Assembly (NCBI RefSeq): GCF_006345805.1 | Contig: NC_043002.1 | Coordinates: 93,124,001-93,188,000, forward strand | DNA length: 64,000 nt | DNA from: Octopus sinensis | Lineage: Eukaryota | Reading direction: 5' to 3' | Part shown: piece after piece, positions 51,796-64,000 of the stretch | Position numbering within the stretch: the stretch's first letter is position 1 | Layout: the number at the start of each line of letters is the position of its first letter | Notes under the pieces: model-generated | Database searches by the model: none | Seen by the model: the letters and a program-made list of their open reading frames with translations, nothing else | Told to the model about the DNA's origin: nothing | Made by a program: the position numbers and the translations under genes

Positions 51796-53405
51796 GCAAT
51801 GAATATATATATATTTTTATATTTTAATTTTAATATTTTTTCTTTAATTAATATATTTTATTAATACATTTGTCCAAGATCATAACAGCATATGACTACT
51901 GTTGAGTGTTTGTTATATGAAGGTGCATGGTTCAGTGGTTAGAGTGTCTGGCTTACAATTGTGAGGTTGTGAATTCAATTCTCATTGAGCTGTATGTGGT
52001 GTTCTTGAGCAAGACACTTTATTTCACATTGCTCCAGTTTACTCAGCTGTAGAAATGAGTTGCAACGTCAATGGTTCCAAGTTGTATCGGCCTTTACCTT
52101 TTCTTTGGATGAGATTGGTGGCATGGAGAGGGGAGACTGATATGCATGGGCGGCTGCTGGTCTTCCATAAATAATCTTGCTCAGGCTTGGAGGAGAACTT
52201 TGTAGGTGCAATCCCCTGGTCATTTGTGACCGAAGGGGGTCTTTTATATTCTTTTATTCTTCTACTTGTTTCAGTCATTAGACTGTAGCCTTGCTAGGGC
52301 ACTGCTTTAAAGAATTGTTTTTAGTTGAATGTATCGACTCCAGTACATTTTTTTAAAGCCTGGTACTTTTTCTATTGATATCTTTGCCAAACTGCTAAGT
52401 TGCAGGAATATAAATACACCAGTACCAGTTGTTAAGCAGTGGTGGGGGACAGACAAAGACACACACACATGTACACACAATAGGCTTCTTTCAGTATCTC
52501 TCCATGAAATTCACTCACAAGGCTTTGGTTGGCCTGAGGTTATTATAGAAGACACTTGCCCAAGGTGCCATGCAACAGGACTGAACCAAGAACTATGTGA
52601 TTGGGAAGCCAGCTTCTTGCCACACAGCCATGCCTGTGCCTACTATATATATATATAATGATGATGGCAGTTTCTTCATGTCTAAAGTTATGAAGAAGAG
52701 CAGCATGCCCTCAAGTGGCTATGTAAATTGATCCTTGATACTGCAGAGCTTTTCTTTCTGCCTGCACTTAGTAGTTTTAAGTTGAGGGTCAGTCTGCACA
52801 ATCTGATCCCACTCTTTAGACTTGGATATCTGACCCCTGTGGCTCAGTGGGCTAAGATGGATTGTAGTGGCCAGCAAGTTTTGCATTGGAGTGGCTTTCT
52901 CCTCGGTGAATTGTTTTGTTGTCCTGGAGAACTAAACATTCCCTGAAGTTACTGGGAGGGTGTCAGACTCCACTTTTTACAATTAGCTGTCAAGGTTGAC
53001 AGCCTTTTCCTTTCCCAAGGCAGTGAGGGTTTGTGCTTGGAGTTTCTTCCGTAACATGCTAATTAACCCATAGCTGTGACTCTGACAGGCGCTAGTACTA
53101 TGGATCAAGAGTAGACCAAGGAGCAGTAGTGACTAAGAGGTCATTCCACACTTCTCTCAAAAACCTGAAACTTCTGAATCAGGACCCCACTACCAGATGT
53201 AGCTTAAAGTCATACACAGGACAACTATCTATCCAGCTTCTATCTATCTATATGTGTGTGTGTGTCACCACTCTGCCAGGTAGTTGGCATTAGGAAGGGC
53301 TTGCAGTTGTAAAAAACCATGCCAAAAGAGATACAGAAATGCCTGGCCAGTTCCTGTCAAACCATCCAACCCATGCCAGCATGGAAAGCGAATGTTAAAA
53401 GATGA

Positions 53406-53444
<39 letters not shown>

Positions 53445-53448
<4 letters not shown>

Positions 53449-53570
53449 GTTGTCCCAAAAGTTCGTAAACACTTGCGAAAATTGAATTTTTACTCGCCAA
53501 GTACTAACAAAAATTATTCCTCAAAATAAAGACCATTATTTTCCAAGACTTTCTACGAACTTTTGGGACA

Positions 53571-53576
<6 letters not shown>
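53445..53576. mobile_element. Mariner-type MITE inserted in (TA)n
   Basis: Inverted termini aggttgtcccaaaagttcgta / tacgaacttttgggacaacct. Confidence 0.85.
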
Positions 53577-53623
<47 letters not shown>

Positions 53624-54494
53624 CAACTTATATCAACTCTTTGCAGTAGCATGCCTCTGACACCTTGTGTTTTTATTTACATTTAACTCAACAGAGTGAT
53701 TATACTTCAACTGTTTCTATTTTAGGTTTGTTTCATTTATTTTTAATTCTGCTTTGCTTGCACACATGAAATATGTAATCTGTATTTTGGTATTTGCATA
53801 TGACTTAATTGGAACAAGTGTTTTTTGAGCTTTCCTTTCCAATTGCTGAGCTAAATAATGAAAGTATAATAATGAACTTTGCTTAAATGCATATCACCAG
53901 ACTTGTGGAGCATAATTTACTCTGCAGTTAATTAGTTCACATTTTTTACGTATGATTTACTTTGCTATCATAAATTTTATCCATTTAGATGTACTTGGAA
54001 GATATTTTATGATGAGATGAAATGGAAGCTGCTCATATTGTGTAGCTTGGTAATGTAAAGCAATTAACAGCATTCCATTTCCATCAGTTCACATGGCAAT
54101 GTAAATGTATTGTTTGTTAATTAATCTAATTTAGGGATAATTACACAGGCAAGTTGAAGGATATGAACGGTTTGCGAGAAACAATTTGGTTCACTTTTTT
54201 TAATTAAAGAAAAACAAAACCTAATTAGCAGTGAATTGCTCACCAATATACTTTAATCTCTAGCCAACAAATATGCTATCTTCTCACTCTGCTGCTACAA
54301 TGGCCTCTGCTCATGTTTTTCTTGAAGTCATTAGCTTAGAGTTTATCAAGATGAACATCAACCACATTGATCTCAGAAAGCCTGCCAATGTCATGGCTGG
54401 AGCTCCTTCCTCTTGACTAAACCTTTAAAAAAATATACAATGCTAATTACATCTACTTTGCCATATTGGCTATGTTTATGTATATGAGGAAGGT

Positions 54495-54718
54495 GTCGAG
54501 CTGGCAGAAACGTTAGCACCCCAGGCGAAATACTTAGCGGTATTTCATCTGCCGTTACGTTCTGAGTTCAAATTCTGCCGAGGTCGACTTTGCCTTTCAT
54601 CCTTTCGGGGTTGATAAATTAAGTACCAGTTACGCACTGGGGTCGATGTAATCGACTTAATCCCTTTGTCTGTCCTTGTTTGTCCCCTCTATGTTTAGCC
54701 CCTTGTGGGTAATAAACA
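54495..54718 (+). mobile_element. Young Nin-domain-like SINE (family B)
   Basis: 18-bp TSD tatgtatatgaggaaggt at 54477-54494 and 54719-54736. Very similar to 23231-23459 in reverse. Confidence 0.85.
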
Positions 54719-56040
54719 TATGTATATGAGGAAGGTATATTGTCTAAAAGATTAAATAGAAGTCTTCAAAGCCTCCTAATTGCTTTGCATTGGGGCTTAT
54801 ACATAGAATATATTAATTCTATATATAATTTTTTCCGTTATTTTCCTTCATTATTCAGACTTTACTTTTAACTATGTTTTACTGTCCGTCTCTCTGTCTC
54901 TAGTTTTATATTATTTGAGAGAAAGTGTTTTTTTTTTTTTATAATTGAATTACACACAGACACACACTTATGTGCAGGCATGGCTGTGTGTTAAGAAGTT
55001 CACTTTGGAACTACATGATTAGGAATTTGGTGCCACTCTCTAGATGCTGTTGATTGGCATTCTATACCATAGACACAGTTCGACCAGTACATTGTGATGG
55101 AAACTGAAGAAGCCTCTCATATGTATATGTATATTTGTGTGAATGAGTTCATATTCCCTGCCTTATCTTCATATGCATTTGCTGACTGTAAACAACAGCC
55201 TCACTGTTCATACAGACGGTGTTCCAGGCTTCTTGACATGTTGGGCTATCATTGTTACAAAAAGGCTCACTTAAAAAGTGCTGTTTGCTCCAGTTCTTCA
55301 CATAACCCTGTTTGGGTTGCTTGTTGCTTAATAGACTAGGAGATTATTACCTTGCTTGGATATAATGAGGTTTGGCACCAGGAAGTGTATCCAGCCACAG
55401 AAATTTGGCTCCACTGATGATGTTGATATATATCCTGTTCATATTGTCCGCGTTCACATGGGTTTGACAGTTTTGTATCTTCTACAATAGTTCATTTCTT
55501 TGACCAGTTTGTTTTTATATTTTGCGGGTGGCACGTAAAAAGCACCCACTACACTCACGGAGTGGTTGACGTTAGGAAGGGCATCCAGCCGTAGAAACAC
55601 TGCCAGATCAGACTGGGCCTGATGCAGCCTTCTGGCTTCACAGACCCCAGTTGAACCGTCCAACCCATGCTAGCATGGAAAGCGGACGCTAAATGATGAT
55701 GATGATGATGATGATTTCCACATTGTACTTAATTAAAGTCATGATTTATTAGTTTGAAGTGTCATTTTATTCATGTGCACCCACTGGTTATAGCAGCTAT
55801 TGAATGTAAACTTCTGCAAGAAAAACATGGACCGAGGACATTCAGAGCAACCTCATCAATTATATTGAGCTGTTCATATGGAGAAAAGTTTTAGAAGTAA
55901 AAAAATGAGCTTAACTAGAATACGAAGCCATTAATCATACATTAAAAAATAAACTATTAATTACCTTCCTTTAAATAAGGTATGAAAGCAATTTTTTTCC
56001 GTTTTATTAATTTCGTTTAATTTTCGCTTTGTTGTTCTAG

Positions 56041-56299
56041 GTGACCATAAAGATGATGAGGACTGCCGTTTGTTACTTCAAGAATATGCAGTACAGTTAG
56101 GCCTTGATATGTTTGCTATTTTAGTTGACCGATGTGCTGAACTATTGCATAATCATTTGCAGTGTGAAAATTCTGCTCGAGAGATTTTGAGTTACACGCT
56201 AAGTCACTATGTTCCAGCAGTAAAGGTTTGGACAGACTGGATGATTTGTCACTTACAGTTGTGGATGCCTCAACACTGTGTAAAAAACTTTGATCTCGG
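56041..56299 (+). CDS. SMG6: SMG6 exon DHKDDEDCRLLLQEYAVQLGLDMF...PAVKVWTDWM...DLG
   Basis: ttctag acceptor and gtgagt donor. Matches human CRSVIQEQAAALGLAMF...PSVKVWSDWM. Confidence 0.94.
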
Positions 56300-56376
56300 G
56301 TGAGTTTTATCTTGAATAGTTCAGCTCTCTGTTATAGATGCTTTTGCCATGTATTTTAATTTTGATTTCTAATTTT

Positions 56377-56794
56377 GGATCTTTTTGGTTTGAATGGCAG
56401 TTTTTTCTAGCGGTGTCATATGAAATTGTCACCCATAATTATGACCCTAGTATCGATCTATTGCATTTCTATCTGTTTTAGGGTTAGGGTTAGGAGTGGG
56501 GGGAAGGGTATCTTTTTTTCTTCACAAATGTAAATAAACCCAATCTGTTTCTTAAACGAGAGACATATTCATACGGCACAGAATGTTTTTTTACCTCAAT
56601 GGACGTCAGTGATTGGTTGAAATTGCAGAAATTGAAGAAAAAAAAGAACAAATATCTTACAAACCATAGAATTTTCTCAATAAAGCCAAGAGAAAATGAT
56701 GTTTTATAAACACATTCTACCAGTATACGAAGTTTAAAATTTTTTAGTTACCTAGAAATTATGTTAAAAACTGCCGTTCAAACCGAAAAGATCC
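56377..56794 (+). mobile_element. Second copy of the GG...CC MITE containing TTAGGG
   Basis: Same termini and interior as 30203-30610. TSD ctaatttt at 56369-56376 and 56795-56802. Confidence 0.9.
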
Positions 56795-59042
56795 CTAATT
56801 TTTACTAAAGCTATGATAAAATAAACATCAGCTTTGTAATAAAATCAGAACAAGTATATATTTTTGTGTACATACCACATTAACATATTGTGTGCATAGC
56901 ACTTTAACACACAATATATATTATTATATATAGCATCTTAACACAGCATATATTATATAACTGTCTGCATAGCATTTTAGAATATATATATTATACTAGC
57001 AGAGGTACCCAGCCTTGATCAGGATTAAAATGGCATAGTTTTTTTTTTTTTTTGTTTTATTTCTTTCAGTCATGTGACTGTGGCCATGCTGGTACACTGC
57101 CATTGGTTGAACACAGGATTTCTTCTTTGTAAGCCTAGTACTTATTCTATCAGGGTCTTTTGCTGAACCGCTAAGTTATGGGAACATAAACAGCAACATC
57201 GGTTGTCAAGCAATGGTGGGGATACAAACACACACACACACATGACAGTCTTCTTTCAGTTTCCATGTACAAAATCCACTTACAAAGCTTTGGTAAGCCT
57301 GAGGCTATAATATGTATATATACTAGCAGAAATACCCGGCATTGCTCGGGCTATAAAATGGCATAGTTTTTTATTGTTTTACTTGTTTCGATCATGTAAC
57401 TGTGGACATGTTGGAGCACTGCCTTTAGTCGAAGAAATCGACCCTTGGATTTATTCTTTGTAAGCCTAGTACTTATTCTATCGCAGTGTTTTGCCAAACG
57501 GCTAAGTTACTGGTGTAAACACAGCAACACTGGTTGCTCTAGCCATGAACAACTGATATCAATACTCTATACATAAGTTGGATGTTTGACAATATCTAAG
57601 AACTTCTTATGGGAGTCTTACATTCTTTATATATCACACACTAGATATCAAAGTCTACCTTTCTTTTCATGGGTTCGGCAGATATTTTCACCCTAAACAG
57701 TTGATAACGCTTTACAAAGCCTAAGTACTCATAGAACTAGACTACTAATCATATTTATAATGGTGCATATGTACACACATAAAAGCAGAACATAAACAAC
57801 CATCCTACTAATAAATAATCTTACATTAATCCTTTCCGACCAATTTCTCATCATTAGACTGTGTTGTTGCTTTTTGTCTCTTCTTACTTTTACTGCAAAC
57901 AGCCATTTCAACTTTTGTTAACATGCAGCACATTTCAATCCATTTTATGTACTTGCTTCTCCATCATATGTCTTTTTTTCCAGTCATGTCTTTCTTCCCT
58001 TACACTATACCAAACAGTTTGTCCCTTTCTTCCTCAACACTTGAAATTAAACACATTAATGTTACCTGGTTATCTTTTAGTCTACTAGAGCTAATGAAGT
58101 CTATGACTGCTGCATATCCTCTTTAACATTTCAGCATTTAAACTGGCCAAATCCAGCCCAAATATTCTTCCTATTTTATGTTGAAAAGTACCCAGATTTG
58201 ACCTCTTACACTTACCCTACAATGTCATTCTTAAAGTAAACAATCACACCTTTGAAATCTCAAAGCTACAAGATAATGCATGAGTAATTCAAAATAACAT
58301 GAATATATAAGCATTACATTTGATAGAATAATCCGAATGCTAACAGGTTAAATTTACAAAAGAATTTAAAAATCACAGAATTTACACCTTAACTTGATCA
58401 GTGTCATAATATTTCAGACCATCACTGGTACTGATTCATTATCATTGACATTAATTGAAACCACTCCCTGAGAATTTCAAGTAATTCAATTTATGAAGCT
58501 TGGAGTCAAACTTGCACCATCTCCTCTTAGCTACCATCATGGCCTTCTGTCATATACAGGCAAATTGTATGTATGACTAGACTATCTGGTGGCTACACTT
58601 CACCTCTGAACACTAATCTCTGTATATCAGAGTGCATTCTCTGATCAGACTGAAGCATGGTATATCTGGACTGTAACCCTAACCAGGTAAATCTCTGTCT
58701 TGAAGGGTATTACTTAACTAATCTAAATGCTATCACTACCCTACTTCAGTTTAGAAACTGACAATACACTACTAGAATGTAGTCTATAGTAGGTTCTAAA
58801 GAAACTATTGATAATCTGTATCAGCTAGAGGTAATACAAATATTTCAAACATGGAATAAATTTTATTCCATGGAACCTTATTGTGTACATCAGTCTAACT
58901 TTTCCTAATACAGATATGAAAAAAGCTCTAATTTCTATTTCCAGGCTTCTAGTGTCTCATGCCTCATCTAAGTAAAAAGTTTATTGTAAGAGGGTGTTTT
59001 GTTTTTCTATTTTAATAATTTCCTTTTTTTTTTTTATTTCAG

Positions 59043-59140
59043 TGCTAATGTTGATGTGTGGGAGGCACTGGCTAAGCTATGCAATGTTCTCAAACAAGTG
59101 GATATCTCTCATGTGCGACTTTATAAGGACAAGCGTGAAA
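59043..59140 (+). CDS. SMG6: SMG6 exon ANVDVWEALAKLCNVLKQVDISHVRLYKDKRE
   Basis: tttcag acceptor and gtaaat donor, phase 2-1. Matches human VDVWSTLADFCNIL...LYKD. Confidence 0.92.
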
Positions 59141-59348
59141 GTAAATATTGATTTAAACTATTATATGAAACTAACCGTTAAATACATTCTTTCATATCAA
59201 TCTTGAATGTTTTATATTTTATTACAACCTGTGTATGTATGATACCATCATGATGTGCATAATGTACATTGCTGCACCAAGTGGGGCCAGTTGTTGTATT
59301 AAAAGACAGTGAGCTGGTATAATCATTAGCACACTGGACAAAATGCTT

Positions 59349-59758
59349 ACATACACTGTAGCTAAAGAGTCTGTTCCTTGCAGTACTGAAGGAGTTGGAG
59401 ATAGTGCCAAACTGTATCAGCCCAAGTCAGCAATATTTTCCTTGGATAAACAATAGTGGCATGAAGAGAGGAGATTTGCATGCACGAGCAACTGTTAGTC
59501 TTCTTCAAAAGAAGCTTTCCTAGATCTGCAGATGATATCATCATCATCATCATTTAACATCTGTTTTTTATGCTAGTCCGGATTGGATAGTTTAACAGGA
59601 ACTAGCAGTTCAGAAGACTGCACCAAGTTCTGCTGTCTTCTTTGGCATGGTTTCTACAGCTGGATGCCCTTGCTATTGCCAACCACTTTACATGGCACCA
59701 GCCTTGGTGAGGTTGACAAGTAACATGTAAGACAAGAACCTCTCAACTGAGCTGGGGA
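59349..59758 (+). repeat. Local duplication of about 410 bp matching 61727-62137
   Basis: The composite of a SINE-D fragment and an RTE tail is near-identical at both sites, including the junction. Confidence 0.85.
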
Positions 59759-59909
59759 GAGATTTGCATGCATGAGCAACTGCTAGTCTTCTTCATAAAT
59801 AGCTTTCCCAGTATTTTCCTGAGTTCAGATACCATGAAAGTCAACTTTGCCTTTCATCCTTTTGGGGTCGATCGAATAAGTACCAGTTGGGCACTGGGGT
59901 CGGTCTACA

Positions 59910-60122
59910 ATGGAGGTGCTAAAATGTTCTTGGCTTTGGGTAAAAGAAAATACAGGAGGATCAGTTAATTATGATTTTATTCAACATATTCCCCCATCAG
60001 ATTCACACACTTATTGCAAAGGTCCTTCAGTTTTTCTAAGCCCTGTAAAAGAACTTGGAAGGTTGGGCCACCAACCAGGCCTTTCATAGCACCCTTAAAG
60101 CCAGGAACATTACAGCACCCGC
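59910..60122. mobile_element. Mariner-like MITE nested in a family-B SINE
   Basis: Termini ggtgctaaaatgttcttggcttt / aaagccaggaacattacagcacc. Partial reverse copy at about 14281-14462. Confidence 0.7.
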
Positions 60123-60584
60123 TCATAATTGACTAACATCCCTCCTCTTAAAATTGCTGGCCTTGTGCTAAAATCTGAAACCCTTATTTGTGTATTATGC
60201 ATTTTACTGTTGTTCATGTTTTATATTAGGTGCAGATAATGGGTCTAAGTTACTTTAATTATAGTCCCATTTAGAATTGTTTGAGTAGATTTCTAATATG
60301 GTGGGACATAATCTAACATTATGAGGTTATCCAAAATACATTATACTCTAGTTTTATTTAAACCATGTTTCACATTCTCCTACATTATTTGGTTATATTG
60401 AGTCCAATCTAAGACTATTCAATCAGACTTGTTGGTTTAGTATGTTTCGATGTTGAGCAAGGTCGATTTGGATGGTGCCTTAGTGCAGAGGGTGAATAAT
60501 GACTGACAGTTTGTACCTGGAGAGGAAACAGATGTTGCAGCTGTATTTGGATGTTATATTATTTATCGTGATGCAGCATGAAGC

Positions 60585-60635
60585 TTTGTCAATGAACAGG
60601 TCGCAGTCTCAAAGCGATGAAAATATTTTGACAAA
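60585..60635 (+). ncRNA. Variant-core minimal hammerhead-like motif within an unclassified repeat (about 60550-60775)
   Basis: TTTGTCA-ATGAACA-G-GTCGC agtctcaaa GCGAT-GAA-A ATAT T-T-TGACAAA. 7-bp stem I, 5-bp stem II, palindromic stem III. Core positions 3 and 8 are non-canonical. Confidence 0.45.
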
Positions 60636-61356
60636 TTAAATTTAAATGTTGATGTGAATCTCACAGTTTTGTGTGTTTCTTAAATGGCTTATAAACACCT
60701 TCCACGCTGCAATTATTTTCGTTCCAGCACACAATCTCAGATCAAGTCACTCGCTATGCAAGTACATCTCTGTTATTTATCATGATTAGATAGGAAAGGA
60801 CTGCATATATTGAAACAAACTGTGATCTTGAATATCTGGCATTTTGTTTGGCATGGGGTATATTACTGAGTATGTGTGTGTGTGTGTATGATGACTTGAT
60901 ACTAATGATGATATTCTACATTGTACAACCTTTCTATCTATACCATTATGAGAAAAACTGAAGTTAAAAGAATGGTAGTTGGGATGCTGTTGCCATTTTT
61001 ACTGTATTTGTTATATTTTAAGACTAGAATTTAAGGCAGCACATTAGCACAGGAGGTAAAATGCTTAGCGGCATTTTGTCTGTAAGTATTTCCAGAGTTC
61101 AAATTCCACTGGGGTCGACTTTGCCATTCATCGCTTTCAGGGACAATAAAATAAGTACTAGTTGAGTACTGGGGTTGATATAATCAATTTAACTTCTCCC
61201 CTGAAATTGCTTGCCTTGTGCCAAAATTTGAAGCCAATATTTTAAGATTAGAGTTTATCTAGTTTTTTTTGTTTGTTTTTTTGTACAGATGTCCTTTTTA
61301 ACCTGACAAAGGTTGTATATTCACTAATTTAATTTCTATCATCTCTTTACCTCTAG

Positions 61357-61460
61357 ATTGTGAACCTGTTATTCTAAGTGAAGATACAATGTTGTGTGGG
61401 TTTGTACCATTATTGAGTGCTCCGTTCAACCCTACCTATGTTCATTCTACTGTTGATAAG
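61357..61460 (+). CDS. SMG6: SMG6 exon CEPVILSEDTMLCGFVPLLSAPFNPTYVHSTVDK; the gene continues beyond the window
   Basis: ctctag acceptor and gtaagt donor. Matches human ILEEDRLLSGFVPLLAAPQDPCYVEKTSDK. Confidence 0.94.
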
Positions 61461-62659
61461 GTAAGTATCAACATCAAGCCTTATTTATATCTTTTATTCA
61501 ATTTACACAGCTTCTTTAAAACCTCTGACTATTTCTGTCTTGATACAGGAGGTTGAACTGGTTATCTTCATGAAAATAAACACAAAAAAAAACTTCAGTT
61601 TCATGCTTTTACAATTTCACAATTGTGTTGCCAGTAATCAATGTCTATTATATTTATTTATTTCTCAATAGTACATACACTGCAGCTAAAGAGGTGCATA
61701 TACTATACAATAGAACATGCAATAATACATACACTGTAGCTAAAGAGTCTGTTCCTTGCAGTATTGAGGGAGCTGGAGATAGTGCCAAGCTGTATCAGTC
61801 CAAGTCAGCAATATTTTCCTTGGATAAACAATAGTGGCATGAAGAGAGGAGATTTGCATGCACGAGCAACTGTTAGTCTTCTTCAAAAGAAGCTTTCCTA
61901 GATCTGCAGATGATATCATCATCATCATCATTTAACATCTGTTTTTCATGCTGGTACGGATTGGATAGTTTAACAGGAACTAGCAGTTCAGAAGACTGCA
62001 CCAAGTTCTGCTGTCTTCTTTGGCATGGTTTCTACAGCTGGATGCCCTTGCTATTGCCAACCATTTTACATGGCACCAGCCTTGGTGAGGTTGACAAGTA
62101 ACATGTAAGACAAGAACCCCTCAACTGAGCTGGGGAGTAGTAGTGAGGGAAAGAAAAGGGTATGTTGCAGTAGAGAAAAAATATGGCTACCTTGGGGGTA
62201 GTAGGGAGAGAAGATAGTGAAGATCAGATAGTGGTGGTGGTGGGTATACCCTGCAAGCTACAGGGAAGTGTATATAGTGAAATGGACTGGGGATTAAAGA
62301 AAGTGAGTTTAGTTTGTGAGATTGCAAAAAGGAGAGTGGAAATGGAGAGGGTGGATGAAATACAGTGAGTGTTCACAGGTAGAAGAAAGGAGATATTAGG
62401 AGAATATGTTGTGAGAAGAGATTTAACGGGAAAAAATTACGTGCAAGTAGGTCTTGGAGGGAAAGTGAGATCCATACAGATTCATGATTAACATTGACCA
62501 ACAAAGGCCCAACACAATCTAAATTTTCTTTCCTTTGTAAACAGCAACTGGGCAGTTTCTAGCTTGCATTAGTTGTAAATACTAGATTTTTTCATAGTAT
62601 CTTGTTTATGATAACATCACTGTCTGTTGTAAGATATTTTTCTGAAGTACTTTATGATA

Positions 62660-63500
62660 TCATCATCATCCTTTAACCCCCATTTTTTATGCTGGCATGG
62701 GTTGGATGGTTTGACCAGAGCTGGTAAACCAGAGAACTGGCAAGCCAGAGAGCTGCACTAGGTTCCAGTCTGTTTTAGCTTGGCTTCTATAGTTGGATGT
62801 ACTTCCTAACACCAACCGCTTTACAGTGTGTGCTGGATGCTTTTAGCATAGCACCAGCATGAGTGTTTCTTACATGGCACCAGCATTGGTCTCTTGCAGG
62901 CCAATCCTGTTCACCAGTGGATGCGACCTTAACACTTCTGCTATGGAGGACAGGTCTCCTTGAGTAAAGCAAGGCACCAGGTATCTTGGTCCTTTGTCAT
63001 CTCACCTGAATGGTTCAGTGTCCTGAGGTCATCCTTCATTACTTCTTCCTGGGTTTCCCCTCTTCCATGAGTTCCATTCACTTAGAGAGATCAGCATTTC
63101 TTTATGGAGCTGTCAACATCCATCCATATAACATGACCAAACAAGTGCAGTCTTTTATCTTGCACACCGCATCTAATTCCTCCTGTGCTTAACTTCTCTC
63201 TCAATACACTAGCACTCTGTTGAACATGTACACTTACATTACACATTCAGCAGAGCATACTAGTCTCATTCCTCTGCATGTCCACTGCATTCAGGGCCCA
63301 CATCTCACTACTCTGTAGAATTGCTGTTCATATACATGCATCATACAGTCTTCTTTTCACCTGGAGAGAGAAACCTTTGGTTGCCAACAGATGTAAAAGC
63401 TCTCGTATTTTCTCCATCCTATTCTTATTCTATCTATCACCACTTTCTGTACATCTTCCCCTGCTACTAATTTGGTCTCCTACGTAGCAGAAATTATCCA
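62660..63500 (-). mobile_element. RTE LINE 3' fragment (ORF end plus tail)
   Basis: Minus-strand RLHLFGHVIWMDVDSSIKKC, with the (CAT)n tail at 62660. Confidence 0.65.
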
Positions 63501-64000
63501 CTCTATTTCCTGTGAATATTTTTTTTTTTTTTTAATTGTTGCATTTGCCATTTCATGGTTTAAAATATTTTAAAGTGAGTAGCCATGCAGCTCTTCTACA
63601 AAAACCTGCTGTTTTTCTCCTACACCCACTTAGCTTCAGGTTTGTAGTCTTGCAAACTGCATGAACACTTCAATAGTGCTGCTGCCATGAAAAGAGCATC
63701 CAGTACATACTGTAAAGTGGTTGGTGTTAGAAGGGCATCCAGCCCTAGAAACCAAGCCAAAGTAGTCACTGGAGTACAATGCAATCTTAGGACCCATCAG
63801 ATCCTGTCAAGCCATCCAACCCATACCAGCATGGAACATGGACATAAATCATGATGATGATATCATGTCTGTCCTATTTTCAACAAACATCTATGGTACA
63901 AATAGTCTGAGCACAGAGTACTAGTAGTAATCAAACTCTTGACATTTACTTCAGAATTTATGAAGTTGTTCAGTATTTAGATATTTATTAACTTTGTCTT

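Overview
AT-rich, repeat-dense animal genomic DNA, most likely an octopus or related coleoid cephalopod (judged from the repeat families as recalled, not from a search). One gene spans the window on the + strand: SMG6/EST1A, the NMD endonuclease and telomerase-binding protein. Twelve coding exons join in frame from 3172 to 61460 and encode the disordered N-terminus with EJC-binding-like motifs and the EST1/TPR (14-3-3-like) helical region. The first exon and the C-terminal PIN domain lie outside the window. The gene also has a probable 75-nt cassette exon (17248-17322) and a GC-AG intron. The introns hold tRNA-derived SINEs, RTE and CR1 LINE fragments, a Gypsy fossil and several MITEs with target-site duplications (TSDs). 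The most unusual content is three unrelated intronic repeat families that each fold by eye into a minimal type I hammerhead ribozyme with a palindromic stem III: (i) a 556-559 bp tandem plus inverted array inserted in (TA)n (45514-47904); (ii) a head-to-head palindrome joining a tRNA-like Pol III head to a hammerhead, with a 14-bp TSD (24874-25370); and (iii) a variant-core hammerhead (60585-60635). These look like non-autonomous Penelope-like or retrozyme elements. Ribozyme activity is inferred from manual folding only. Repeat boundaries are approximate unless a TSD is quoted.
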